DNA of 46,599 bases, taken from NCBI GenBank assembly GCA_963703955.1, contig CAVPGK010000019.1, forward strand, positions 1-46,599, given 5' to 3'. Source of the DNA: Nitrospirota bacterium (GTDB lineage Bacteria > Nitrospirota > Nitrospiria > Nitrospirales > Nitrospiraceae). Under the pieces are notes generated by a model. It was not told the origin of the DNA. It worked only from the letters and a program-made list of their open reading frames with translations, and did no database searches. Positions 1 to 9,653 of this stretch are shown here, piece after piece (within the stretch, counting starts at the first letter, position 1; every line of letters begins with the position of its first letter). The translations under genes and the position numbers were made by a program.

Positions 1-113
1 GCTGTAGTTACCACTCGGTGATGGGCACACCCCTCCCCCGGCATGAGCGTGGGTCCCATTTGCGGCTCTCACTTTAAGGCAAAAAGGACTCCGGTTAGTC
101 GGCGTCACAAACC

Positions 114-638
114 CTATGTGACGAACGACCAGCTACGTGTTTCTTCAAGGGGCAAACCGCCCGCTCTCGACGTTGTGAGAGTGGCATGAAATGCCGAGAA
201 CATTTCTCCCAATAAGAGATCGTTGTCCAACGGCTTCAGGATGCAGTCGCGCGCGCCCTTTCTCATCATGTCTTCAAACCAGTCTAACCGCTCGATCTGC
301 GACAAGGCGGCCATGACGATCACAGGGATCTCGGCCTGCTCTTCCTGTAATTTCTGAAGTGCCGCCATGCTGTAGTCGGACCCGGGCATCTTCCAATTCA
401 GAAGGATGCCGTCAATCTGACATCCCTTCGACGCGTGGTCTTCGATGAGAGCCAGGCGATGATGGCCGCTGCCGGCTACGACCACATCAAACACCAAGGC
501 CTGCAACCGGTTGCGGATGATTTTCGAAGCGGATTCGGTCATTGCGTTGTGACGATCGCGCAACACTTCCCGAATATCGAATTCATCGTCGATCACGAGG
601 ATACGTTGACGCGGCGCGGACGTTTCAGACGGCATCAT
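114..638 (-). CDS. Atypical or degenerate stand-alone response regulator receiver domain
   Basis: RILVIDDE...LLNWKMPG...PVIVM...ILKP receiver motifs; phosphoacceptor Asp reads Asn; GAGAGAGG SD before ATG at 638. Confidence 0.7.
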   Translation of the reverse strand: MMPSETSAPRQRILVIDDEFDIREVLRDRHNAMTESASKIIRNRLQALVFDVVVAGSGHHRLALIEDHASKGCQIDGILLNWKMPGSDYSMAALQKLQEEQAEIPVIVMAALSQIERLDWFEDMMRKGARDCILKPLDNDLLLGEMFSAFHATLTTSRAGGLPLEETRSWSFVT

Positions 639-907
639 AAAAACCTCTCTTTCCTGTTCATGTGGCGTGTGCGGCTCAAAGACCGCCATGCCTATACCAC
701 CCCATTGCCCAAGTGGTGGAGAGGTTAGTGCCCGACCATCCACATTATCAAAACTCTCAAAAGTTACTTCTGGCATATATCACCTACGTGTTAGAGTGTC
801 GGAAACTAATGCCGTTATCCACGCGATTACCGTAATACCTAGAACTAATGTCATAGTGTGTTCCCCTTAGTACCCACGCTGTTAGTGTTTATCAAATTCG
901 CCGGTCG

Positions 908-2218
908 GTACGGTCTGGAGACATAGGTAACAGTTTAGTCTCGGGACATAGGTAACAGTTTGCGCACACTCACGGGCACCAAAGGAGGTGCCCATGCCGT
1001 GGAGTCAAACGTCACCTATGGACCAGAGAACGCAATTCATCGCCGATTACCTGCGCGAGACGCTGAGCGTCACGGAGCTGTGCGACCTGTATGGCATGTC
1101 GCGCAAGACCGCCTATAAGTGGATCGACCGCTATCTTCGACACGGACCGGCGGGGCTCGAGGAGCACTCGCGACGGCCGCAGCATTCGCCCAATCAGCAC
1201 CGCGGATGAGATCGTTGAGGCGCTCCTCCAGGCGCGACGCCGTCACCCGTCCTGGGGCGGCAAGAAGCTCTTGACGCTGGTACACAAGCGCCACCCGAAC
1301 TGGGATCTGCCGCACCGATCCACCGTGTGCGACATCCTCAAGCGCCACGGCATGGTGCCCAAGAAGCGCCACCGTCGGCACATCGGGCATCCAGGCAAGC
1401 CGACCAGCCCGATCCTGGCGCCGAATGATCTCTGGAGCGCGGACTTCAAAGGCCAGTTCAAGACCGGCAATGGCCGCTACTGCTACCCGCTGACCGTCAC
1501 CGACGGCTTCAGCCGCTATCTACTGGGGTGCCAGGGCCTGAACTCAACCGCCGTCGACGAAGCCAAGCCGGTGTTCACCCGGCTGTTCCAGGAATACGGA
1601 CTGCCCAAGCGCATCCGCACCGACAACGGCGTGCCCTTCGCCACCAACACCCTGGCGCGGCTCTCGAGGCTCTCGGCCTGGTGGGTGCGGCTCGGGGTCC
1701 TGCCGGAGTTCATCGAGCCGGGCAAACCGCAACAGAACGGCCGCCATGAGCGCATGCATCGTACGCTCAAAGCCGACACGACCCGTCCGGCCGCCGGCAG
1801 TCTCGCCGCACAGCAACGCCGATTCAATGTCTTTCGAGATGAGTTCAATAACGAGCGCCCGCACGAAGCGCTCGACCAGCAAACGCCTGCGTCCTGTTAC
1901 CGCGCGTCAACGCGCAAGATGCCCAGCAAACTGCCGCCACTGGAATACCCCGATCGATTCGAAGTGCGCTACGTCAGCGCCAATGGTGGCATCCGCTGGA
2001 ACCGCGAGTGGGTCAACGTCTCGATCGTCTGCGTCGGCGAATACGTCGGACTCGAAGAGATCGACGACGGGATCTGGAACGTCTACTTCGGGCCGCTGAA
2101 GCTTGGACGCCTCATCGAGCGACACATGCGTATCGAGGACGAATATGGCAGACTTAACCGCAAACCCGTGTAACCCATGTCCCTCGACAACTTTGTTACC
2201 TATCTCCCCGGCCGGTCA
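908..2218 (+). mobile_element. IS481-family insertion sequence, copy 1
   Basis: Limits set by homology to copy 2 (43305-44613); imperfect IRs GTACGGTCTGGAGACATAGGTAAC / TGACCGGCCGGGGAGATAGGTAAC; no target duplication seen. Confidence 0.9.
994..2173 (+). pseudogene. IS481 DDE transposase with one +1 frameshift near 1198
   Basis: HTH N-terminus in one frame; WSADFKG, IRTDNG, GKPQQNGRHER in another; copy 2 lacks the extra C (cagcacc vs cagacg). Confidence 0.85.
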
Positions 2219-2395
2219 GTCACTAAACCTCACTATACAGGGCGATTTAGTAGGGTGACAATCTGTCAAAAAATGATGTATCCTCTTCCGGCATAATGAT
2301 AACTAAGGACAACTCAGGTGGACTCCAACTCCTTCTCACGGGTTTCAAGAGCGAAGCGAGGCGCTCAACCTGCCTCTCGATCGAATGATGATCGA

Positions 2396-4326
2396 ATGGG
2401 GCGTGTCCTTTCCTCTCAGGACGCGGTATCCCTTCAGGAGCTGAAGGCCTCTGCGTTTCGCTGTCGGACTCCGAAGCAATTTCGAACACTCCTCAATTCG
2501 CTGCAGACGGTTCTCCCTTACCAGAACCTCTTCTGTGGATGGGGGTACCCAGCGAATGCGGCGATCGGCTTTTTCTATAACCACAGCTATCCCCGTGAGT
2601 TTATGCGCTGGTATCTCACGAAAGGCATGCTTAGGGATGGTCCGGTCTTTCACGAATGGCTACGGACGAACAAAGCCCAAGTCACGGTCGATGTCATGAG
2701 GCACATGGCCATCCAATTTGATCCCGAACTTCTAGAGCGAGTCGAACGACTGAATCTGCAATATACACTCGGGGGAGGCCTGCTCACCCAAGACCACTGG
2801 GTCTTTTTTGCGGTGAACATGGACTCCGAGCAGAGCTGCCGCACCTACCTGAAACGATTTCAGGTGCTCGTTCCGATGCTGTGCCATGAACCTCCCCTGA
2901 TTTTGTGGACACCTCTTAGGCATAATGCCAAGAAGGAGGTGTATCCGATGAAGAGAGACCGACGAATATTTAGTTCGGAGTTCAAGCAGAGGCCATCGCG
3001 CTGGTGCGCCGCAGTGGCCAGAGTGCCAATCAGGTGGCAAAGGAACTGGGGATCAATCAAACCACGTTGAGCCGATGGCAGCGTGAGGCCAATAGCACGC
3101 TGCCGGGGACGAATGGATTTCAGGCGGCGGAGGAACTCAAACAACTGGCGACGCCGTGAAGTTGAACGGCTTCGCATGGAGCGGGACATCCTAAAAAAGG
3201 CGGCAGCCTTCTTCGCCAAGGAGTCGGCATGAGGTATGGCTTCGTTCAGGCGGAGAGGCAAAGTACCCCGTCGAGATGTTGTGTCGGGTCATGGCCGTCG
3301 CTCGTAGTGGGTTCTATGCTTGCGTCGGCACCCCGAGAGGGCGCGCGATCGAGCGAATCACTGGCTGGGGGCACACCTGCGGGCATGTTATCAGGAATTT
3401 CGAGGACGGTATGGGAGTCCGCGTCTGCATCGGGAACTCCAGGCCCGAGGGATTCGCGTCGGCCGTCATCGCGTGGCCCGGCTGATCCTCCAGAGATGAT
3501 GGCCGCCAACGACTTGCAGCGGAACTTCACGGCCACCCGCCCGAATCACAAATGGGTGGGCGACATCACGTACATTGCGACCCGCGAGGGCTGGCTGTAT
3601 CTCGCCGTGTTGTTGGATCTTTATTCTCGGCGCATTGTGGGATGGGCCACGGGGACGCAGATGACCACGGCCCTGACCATGCAGGCCTTGGAGATGGCCC
3701 TGCACCAGCGTCCGGCCGTGTCAGGGTTGCTCCATCATTCGGACCGAGGCTGTCAGTATGCCGCCCTCACCTACCAGCAACGGCTGACTGCCCTGGGGAT
3801 TCACGGCTCGATGAGTCGACCCGGCAATTGTTGGGACAATGCGGTGGTGGAAAGCTTCTTTGCCACGCTGAAGACCGAACTGGTCCATCACCGACAGTTT
3901 CAGACACGGCAGGAGGCCAAGACCGAGATCTTTGAGTATCTGGAAGGGTTCTATAATCGGCGGCGGCATTCCACCTTGGGCTATCTCAGCCCGGCGGAGT
4001 TTGAACGGCAGGGCGGGCTAGTCATACAGGCTGTCCACTAAATCGGGAAAGATCACCAGGCCCTCACGCGTGCCTGCCCTCGACCACTCCTCACCAAGCG
4101 GGAAACCGCCATCCTGGAACGTCGCTCAATGGGAGAGCTCATCAAGCAGATCGCCGCGGCGCAGGGGATCAGCGACCGCACAGTCAGGATGCACTTGCAG
4201 CGCATCAAGAAGAAGCTGTACACCGATGACCTGGTGAATGCCGTCGTGATTGCAGTGCAAAGCGGGATGCTTGATCAGACATGGAAGGAGTGGCGCTGGC
4301 AGAGTGAGAGCGTATCGAGCCGCTGA
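2396..4326 (+). pseudogene. LuxR-family regulator (autoinducer-binding-like domain + HTH) interrupted by IS3
   Basis: Removing 2887-4058 restores ...VPMLC-Q-ALTRACPRPLLTKRETAIL...GISDRTVRMHLQRIKKKL; N-part has YPxEFMxWY...DGPV; start codon uncertain. Confidence 0.88.
2887..4055 (+). mobile_element. IS3-family element, degenerate (orfA ~2948-3232, orfB ~3229-4041)
   Basis: TG...CA ends; IRs TGAACCTCCCCTGATTTTGTGGACA / TGATCTTTCCCGATTTAGTGGACA; CCA duplication at 2884-2886 and 4056-4058; WVGDITY, HHSDRG, DNAVVESFF; several frameshifts. Confidence 0.93.
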
Positions 4327-4467
4327 CGTTGGCAAATCGAGACGCACCGTCGAGCGCTCATGACCAAATGTGGATCGAGGCCCTGGCTTGATATCGCAGG
4401 GTCCTAGAAATGGATCACTGTTAGCTGGATAGGCAAAAAGGGGAACTGTGGCTTAAAGAACTGAGGG

Positions 4468-4623
4468 CTAAGCGGCGGAGATACTATCTATCGAGGTCTC
4501 AGGGATATTCTCCTCATCGTTGATCGGTTCAACAATGCGGTACCACTGATGGTAATCGTGCCACACGATCAATAGAGCGACCATGTCCAAGAACAGCCAT
4601 GCGATCACAATGTTCAGCAGCAT
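4468..4623 (-). CDS. Small single-pass membrane protein (51 aa), absent from ORF track
   Basis: MLLNIVIAWLFLDMVALLIVWHDYHQWYRIVEPINDEENIPETSIDSISAA; AGGAG SD; sigma54-like promoter upstream. Confidence 0.6.
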   Translation of the reverse strand: MLLNIVIAWLFLDMVALLIVWHDYHQWYRIVEPINDEENIPETSIDSISAA

Positions 4624-4669
4624 ATATCTCCTGGGCTGGAATTCTTTCGTTCGTTGTCACTAGGTTGTG

Positions 4670-4684
4670 GCAACCGCCATGCCA
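4670..4684 (-). promoter_or_regulatory. Putative sigma54 -24/-12 promoter
   Basis: TGGCAT-GGCGG-TTGC fits TGGCAC-N5-TTGC with correct GG/GC spacing. Confidence 0.55.
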
Positions 4685-5157
4685 TTCCGGGCAGATAGGC
4701 GTCTAAGTTTGACGAATCTTTGCATGGATCAGAAAATAAGTAAAGTCAACAGTATTAAATTCGAGACGAACTGGTTTCTAGACTACGCCGCTGCAGCTGT
4801 GTTCACCCCTTGCACCCCAGGCGCAACCGTACGACCGATGCGCTGGATCATTCTGCACCTCACAGGGGTTCACCCCCACTCGGAGGCCTCGCTTGCAATG
4901 GGGCGTCCACCAAGCCTGTGAGGAACTGTCCCGGTGGTGTCTGAAGACGACGCGCAGCCTCACCCCGCCAACGCGACCGACGCGGACACGAGGCAATGGA
5001 CAACACCATCACGCCCAGTTCTGTATGCCACAAACTAAGTACTCCTAATGGGATCCTATTTTGGCAAGTCTCTGCGCAAGCGGCTTTCCTACGTTATACC
5101 CTTAATATAAGCCAGTAGGGATACATCTTGCGTATATATCAACGAGAGGAGGTTAGT

Positions 5158-5217
5158 TTGGAGTACTTCTTTGTTGTCTGCATAGTCGGTCTCTCGGCGT
5201 TGCTGACGAAGATTTGA
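5158..5217 (+). CDS. Candidate 19-aa hydrophobic micropeptide
   Basis: AGGAGG at 5147-5152, TTG start, MEYFFVVCIVGLSALLTKI, tandem TGA TGA stops. Confidence 0.35.
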   Translation: MEYFFVVCIVGLSALLTKI

Positions 5218-5444
5218 TGAAGACTTAACAGTCCTACTCCCACTAAGGACCAACACCGTCCTTACCATCTACATCTGCTGTGCGACCACTTGTCCGATTC
5301 CGTATGGCGTTGGGGAAGTTTCGTTGGTTCGACATCTGGCGAAGTTCGACTTCCACGACCAACTCAACAATGAATCAGTGGAACGAGATGGCGGGTCAGC
5401 TTGTCTCGTGGGGTAGGATTTTCACAATCACTAGGAGGGGAAGA

Positions 5445-5687
5445 ATGTTGAATGATGTGGCTCATCAGGAGATGGTGGATCCTTTGCAGGAAACCTTTGC
5501 CATTATCGACAACAAGTCGGAGCAAGTACCGACGCGAGAGCATTTGGTCAACCTGCACGCGTACTACTACCGCAAGCTGGTGAAGATTTACGAGCGCCTG
5601 GGCGAGGTACAAATGATTGTCGATGGGCCGGTTTTGAATTTGGCTGCTGAGAGCAACCACACACAAAAGGGGAAGGCGAAGTCATGA
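5445..5687 (+). CDS. Hypothetical protein
   Basis: AGGAGG SD before ATG at 5445; 80-aa ORF. Confidence 0.5.
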   Translation: MLNDVAHQEMVDPLQETFAIIDNKSEQVPTREHLVNLHAYYYRKLVKIYERLGEVQMIVDGPVLNLAAESNHTQKGKAKS

Positions 5688-5724
5688 ACAGCGTTTGCCG
5701 CCACCACCCGGAGGAGGTCGATGA

Positions 5725-5898
5725 ATGCGTGTATTCGAATTAGATGAACGCGAGAAGGTCCAGCGGCTACGGGATTCGCTGTCGGAGCTCTTGGCCATGT
5801 GCCCGTTCGTAACAATGCCCGAACGTTGTGCTGAGCATAACTGGCAGCGGCGCGTCGCCACTGCCAAGGCCACCATGAAGTTGACGGGAGATTCTTAA
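5725..5898 (+). CDS. Hypothetical protein (57 aa), absent from ORF track
   Basis: GGAGGAGG SD; MRVFELDEREKVQRLRDSLSELLAMCPF...; stop 1 nt before next ATG. Confidence 0.45.
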   Translation: MRVFELDEREKVQRLRDSLSELLAMCPFVTMPERCAEHNWQRRVATAKATMKLTGDS

Positions 5899-5899
5899 A

Positions 5900-6235
5900 A
5901 TGCATGAAAGGCGCACTCATAACAATCGTCAATTTCGCCTTGTTTCTTATCCAAGCCTTGGAGCTGGCTGGATTCCTGCGGCACGGATTGGGGAATCCAC
6001 TGAAGGCACGGAAACCATAACGCCGATTTATGGCGACGCTATTAAGCCTTTTGCTTCCGAGGCAGACGCGAATAAGGCTGCATTGGCCATGGCCATAGAA
6101 TGGATTAATTCAAACTCCGAGGCAGAGGGGAATAAGGCTACATTGGCAATGGCGATAAGATACGCGAGGTCCTCTGGCGCTGAGATTGCGTCGTTGATCT
6201 CCAATGCAGACCACCGCCCCGTCGCACGCAGTTAG
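5900..6235 (+). CDS. Hypothetical protein with internal 20-aa duplication
   Basis: ORF follows directly on upstream ORF; SEADANKAALAMAI / SEAEGNKATLAMAI. Confidence 0.5.
   Translation: MHERRTHNNRQFRLVSYPSLGAGWIPAARIGESTEGTETITPIYGDAIKPFASEADANKAALAMAIEWINSNSEAEGNKATLAMAIRYARSSGAEIASLISNADHRPVARS
6056..6163 (+). repeat. Diverged 60-bp-period tandem duplication
   Basis: tccgaggcagacgcgaataaggctgcattggccatggc (6056) vs tccgaggcagaggggaataaggctacattggcaatggc (6116). Confidence 0.85.
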
Positions 6236-6418
6236 CTCAGGATGAATGATCCTACCCAAACAGGATGATAAGCGCCTAGACCCGCCTTACGCGGCGATCC
6301 TCATGACGCGCTTTATGCCGCAAGCGGAGCCCTCATCTTTTGACAGCATGTCATCGAGCGAGAGTTATGGGATAACTGAGCGGATTTGTCTCAACCAAAA
6401 ACGTAGGAAGGAGTGTGT

Positions 6419-6838
6419 ATGCAAACCCATCACGCGGTCAACGGGCGACGAGGACGAATCCTCATCGTGGAGGATGAGCCGCAGGTGAGAAAGCCGATTT
6501 CTCTGATGCTCAAGAAGGAAGGGTATGAAGTCGTGGAGGCGGAAGACGGGGAGCAGGCGATTCAGAAAATCGGCGATGGAGACAACGCCTTAATGGTGGA
6601 CACGATCCTTTGCGATATTCGGATGCCCAAGATCAATGGAGACGAGGCCATTGCGTATTTCAGAGGTCACTTTCCGTCCGTCCCGATTGTGGTGCTGACG
6701 GGCTATCCGGACGCAGAACTCGCCGTGTCCTTGATGCGGAAAGGTGTACGGGACTATCTGGTGAAACCGGTGTCCAAGGATAAATTGCTGACGGTGATGA
6801 AGAAGTCCGTCGAGCAGCACGTGATCTCTATCTGGTGA
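6419..6838 (+). CDS. Stand-alone response regulator receiver (CheY-like)
   Basis: RILIVEDE, LCDIRMP, VLTG, YLVKP intact; AAGGAG SD. Confidence 0.92.
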   Translation: MQTHHAVNGRRGRILIVEDEPQVRKPISLMLKKEGYEVVEAEDGEQAIQKIGDGDNALMVDTILCDIRMPKINGDEAIAYFRGHFPSVPIVVLTGYPDAELAVSLMRKGVRDYLVKPVSKDKLLTVMKKSVEQHVISIW

Positions 6839-6915
6839 AGAGTCTAGTTCCGAAAATCACCTATCCAAATGGAAAAATTTACATCGGCAAGGATCTGACC
6901 AACCTCGTTTTGTGA
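6835..6915 (+). pseudogene. GIY-YIG nuclease N-terminal remnant
   Basis: Translates KITYPNGKIYIGKDLT then stops. Confidence 0.55.
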
Positions 6916-6985
6916 CAGGACACCCCCCGTCGAACGCATTGTTCACCACGCTTCAACACTCTAACCTCTCTTTACCTCTCTTCGC

Positions 6986-7103
6986 CCCTTCTTTCCTTGT
7001 TTTGCCTCTCTCGCTAACACTGTATTAACACTATCCGGTGCCACCCTTGTTTCACTGGAGAGGTGGTCGGCAGGCACAGGTAAGGTACAGAGGCATGCAG
7101 TGT
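6986..7103. repeat. Dispersed non-coding repeat, copy A
   Basis: Aligns by eye with 10403-10520 and 13168-13231. Confidence 0.9.
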
Positions 7104-7377
7104 TTCGTTTGCAGAATTTCCTTGAAAAAAAGAAAAAGCTTATTGTGTAGGATAACGGTGTGTGTTTTGGCACCGGGTTGGCACCAGCGCCAAGGACATT
7201 GAGCGCGATTAGAACCTTGACCGCGATTTAGGAAATTCATCGCCCTGGCGCCCGTTAGCCCATTAATAATGTCGTGCAGCGATGATGGGGCTGACCTTCC
7301 TCAAATGAACTCATTAACTCCTTTTTGATGCGCTCTTGGGCTCTGGCGCTGCACGTCGAAATCCGAGTGTGGCTCCT

Positions 7378-8472
7378 TCACTGAGATCGGGGCGGCAAGA
7401 GGTAAAGCGTCATGGCGAAGATCAGATAGACCATCAGCACGAACACCCCGATGAACCATGCCGAGCGTCCGCTGTTGGTAACAAACGATACGGTCATCGT
7501 CGCGATCAGTATCATCAACACGGCGCCCGGCCAAAATTGCAGGTCCATTGGCGCGGGGCCGAGGACGTAACTGAGCAGGACCAGCACCGGGGCGACAAAG
7601 AGCGCGATTTGGGAGGCGCTCCCAAGGGCGATGCCCACGCTCAGGTCCAACCGGTTCTTAAGTGCGCCGGAAAACGCCGAGCCCATCTCCGCCGCACCGC
7701 CCACCAGCGCCACGACGATGAAACCCACGAACGCCGGGGTCATCCCGAACGACTCCGCCGCCTCCTGCACTGACTCGACAAAGATCTCGCTCACCAGCGC
7801 GACCAGCACGGTGACGCCGGCCAGCGTGGCCAGAGCCAGACTGATTGGCCACGGCACTTCACCGGCCTCGCCGGATTCCACACCGGCAAAGAATTCGCGG
7901 TGTGTCTTGAGCGAAAAGACCATGCCCAGTCCGTAAGTGACGATGAGCAGCACCGCCAGCCCTACGCTCAGCTTCTGGGTGAACGCCGCCCCCGCCGCGG
8001 AGTCGGTGTGAGAGACCGCCGAAGGAACCAGCAGCGCGATCGTAGCCAGGAAAAGCAGGCCCGCTTGAAGGCGGGCGTTGACCCGGTTGTATTCCTGAAC
8101 ACGATGTTTGAGTCCACCCAGCAGAAACGACGCCCCCAGCACGAAAAGTGTGTTGGTGACGATCGCGCCGGCAATGGACGCCTTCACCAACATGTATTGC
8201 CCCGCACGCAAGGCGGCGAGAGCGATGACCAGTTCAGTCAAGTTTCCCAGCGTGGCGTTGAGTAGGCCACCAACCGTATCGCCCGTCTTGGCCGCTACGG
8301 ATTCTGTGGCGTGACTCAGCAGCGCCGCCAGTGGCACGATGGCCAGCACGGACAGCACGAAGAGCAGCGTGTGCGCTTCGGGCGTGAGCTTCGCGGCTGC
8401 AAGCACCGTGGGTACCAATGCCAGCAGCCAGAGCAGCGGATTGTGACGGATTTCTTTGAGCAGGGTGTTCAT
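7378..8472 (-). CDS. cax: Calcium/proton exchanger (CaCA, CAX type)
   Basis: About 11 hydrophobic segments; alpha repeats LLNATLGNLTE and GGAAE...GSASQIALFVAP. Confidence 0.92.
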   Translation of the reverse strand: MNTLLKEIRHNPLLWLLALVPTVLAAAKLTPEAHTLLFVLSVLAIVPLAALLSHATESVAAKTGDTVGGLLNATLGNLTELVIALAALRAGQYMLVKASIAGAIVTNTLFVLGASFLLGGLKHRVQEYNRVNARLQAGLLFLATIALLVPSAVSHTDSAAGAAFTQKLSVGLAVLLIVTYGLGMVFSLKTHREFFAGVESGEAGEVPWPISLALATLAGVTVLVALVSEIFVESVQEAAESFGMTPAFVGFIVVALVGGAAEMGSAFSGALKNRLDLSVGIALGSASQIALFVAPVLVLLSYVLGPAPMDLQFWPGAVLMILIATMTVSFVTNSGRSAWFIGVFVLMVYLIFAMTLYLLPPRSQ

Positions 8473-8685
8473 AGGATTTGATTCAAGTGCGTCGGAGTTG
8501 TACTGGTCAGCGGACAAGCGATATCATCGGACCGCTTCTTGGTAGTCTTGGGGTACACTGATAGACCGGCGTGCGATGGTGCGCGGATTTTGGAAGCCTG
8601 GTCCCTTGACGGCGATAAGCCGACACCTTCTCGTCCTTCCCAGATGAATAACGCGTGTGGACGCTGCAACGTTGTTCTCGCCGCA

Positions 8686-8762
8686 GCTTAACGTTTGGCC
8701 GTGAGGGACAGAGAAAAAGCGCAACTTTTTGGGAGCCCCCTCGAAGGACGGAATTGTTATGC
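8686..8762 (-). other. attC-like integron cassette recombination site (degenerate, solitary)
   Basis: GCATAAC (contains TIR stop codon) ... GTTAAGC, 77 bp, imperfect internal palindrome GAGGG...AAAAAG-TTGCG-CTTTTT...CCCTC. Confidence 0.55.
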
Positions 8763-9443
8763 CCCGCTATCTCCCCGCAATGCTGTGCGTCGAAGTATCT
8801 CCGCCTCAAGCTCACTCGCGATACGTCGTTCAACTTCGCCGGGATGTGATCTGGCGATTGATTGCAACTTGCTCCCAAGGTCGAGCCACTTTGGCAAGAA
8901 CGAAGCAATAATGCATGCCATTACGAAACTAACGCCTAGCAGAAAATAGGATGCTGAGGATGAGTGTCGGCCACGTGGTGGGCTTTGTGGACGCTTTTCC
9001 AGCCAAACGAACAAGAAGCTCAGGAGCACAAGGGTTACGAAAATCGCCGTGAGTCTAGCAATGAGTAACCACGAATCGATCGAACTGTGATTCGGACCGA
9101 CCGTTCCTCGAAAGTCGATCCGCTGAAACTGATCCAACTCTGGGGGCAGGGGAGTTGCATCCAGCAGAAGGGGCAAGAGATCCTTTTCTTGCTCGATGGC
9201 CGCTTTCCACTCCTTTGACACCTCGTCAGATCGACTCGCGTGATCGCACCAAAATACGACGACCAAATGAGATTCAGCCAAGCCTGTTGCAATTTCGCTC
9301 CGCCACCTCTTGCCCGACTGAATGCCATCGATGTCCTGGAAAACGAATGATTTGTTAACGCGGAGCAGTTTCACTACCGGAGCAACCAGCGATGCGTCAG
9401 CATGACTGTAGGAGACGAAGACATTTGTGCTCTGGACGGGCAT
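8757..9443 (-). CDS. TIR-domain protein with two predicted C-terminal TM helices
   Basis: VFVSYSHAD, FQDIDGI..GKRW, SDEVSKEW, LLPLLLD; two hydrophobic stretches follow. Confidence 0.85.
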   Translation of the reverse strand: MPVQSTNVFVSYSHADASLVAPVVKLLRVNKSFVFQDIDGIQSGKRWRSEIATGLAESHLVVVFWCDHASRSDEVSKEWKAAIEQEKDLLPLLLDATPLPPELDQFQRIDFRGTVGPNHSSIDSWLLIARLTAIFVTLVLLSFLFVWLEKRPQSPPRGRHSSSASYFLLGVSFVMACIIASFLPKWLDLGSKLQSIARSHPGEVERRIASELEAEILRRTALRGDSGA

Positions 9444-9653
9444 CGTCAAGTTTTATGTGGTACCGACTGGCATAGTACGCGCAGACGTTCCGAAACCCAG
9501 CGATTTCTCTCTCACCAAGTAGTCTCCGCCCTCACCTTACGCTTTTGCCAACAATGAGATCAATTCCAGCTTCCCTCGAGTTATCTTGTCAGCCTCCGGC
9601 CGCTCATCTACACTTCATCTATGCTTTTCCGCCTCAAGTGTATCGGCCTACGG

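Noticed and set aside
7151..7260. Second attC downstream of cax (GGCTAAC...GTTATCC)
   Set aside because: Internal inverted repeat is off-centre and the site is far from the cax stop
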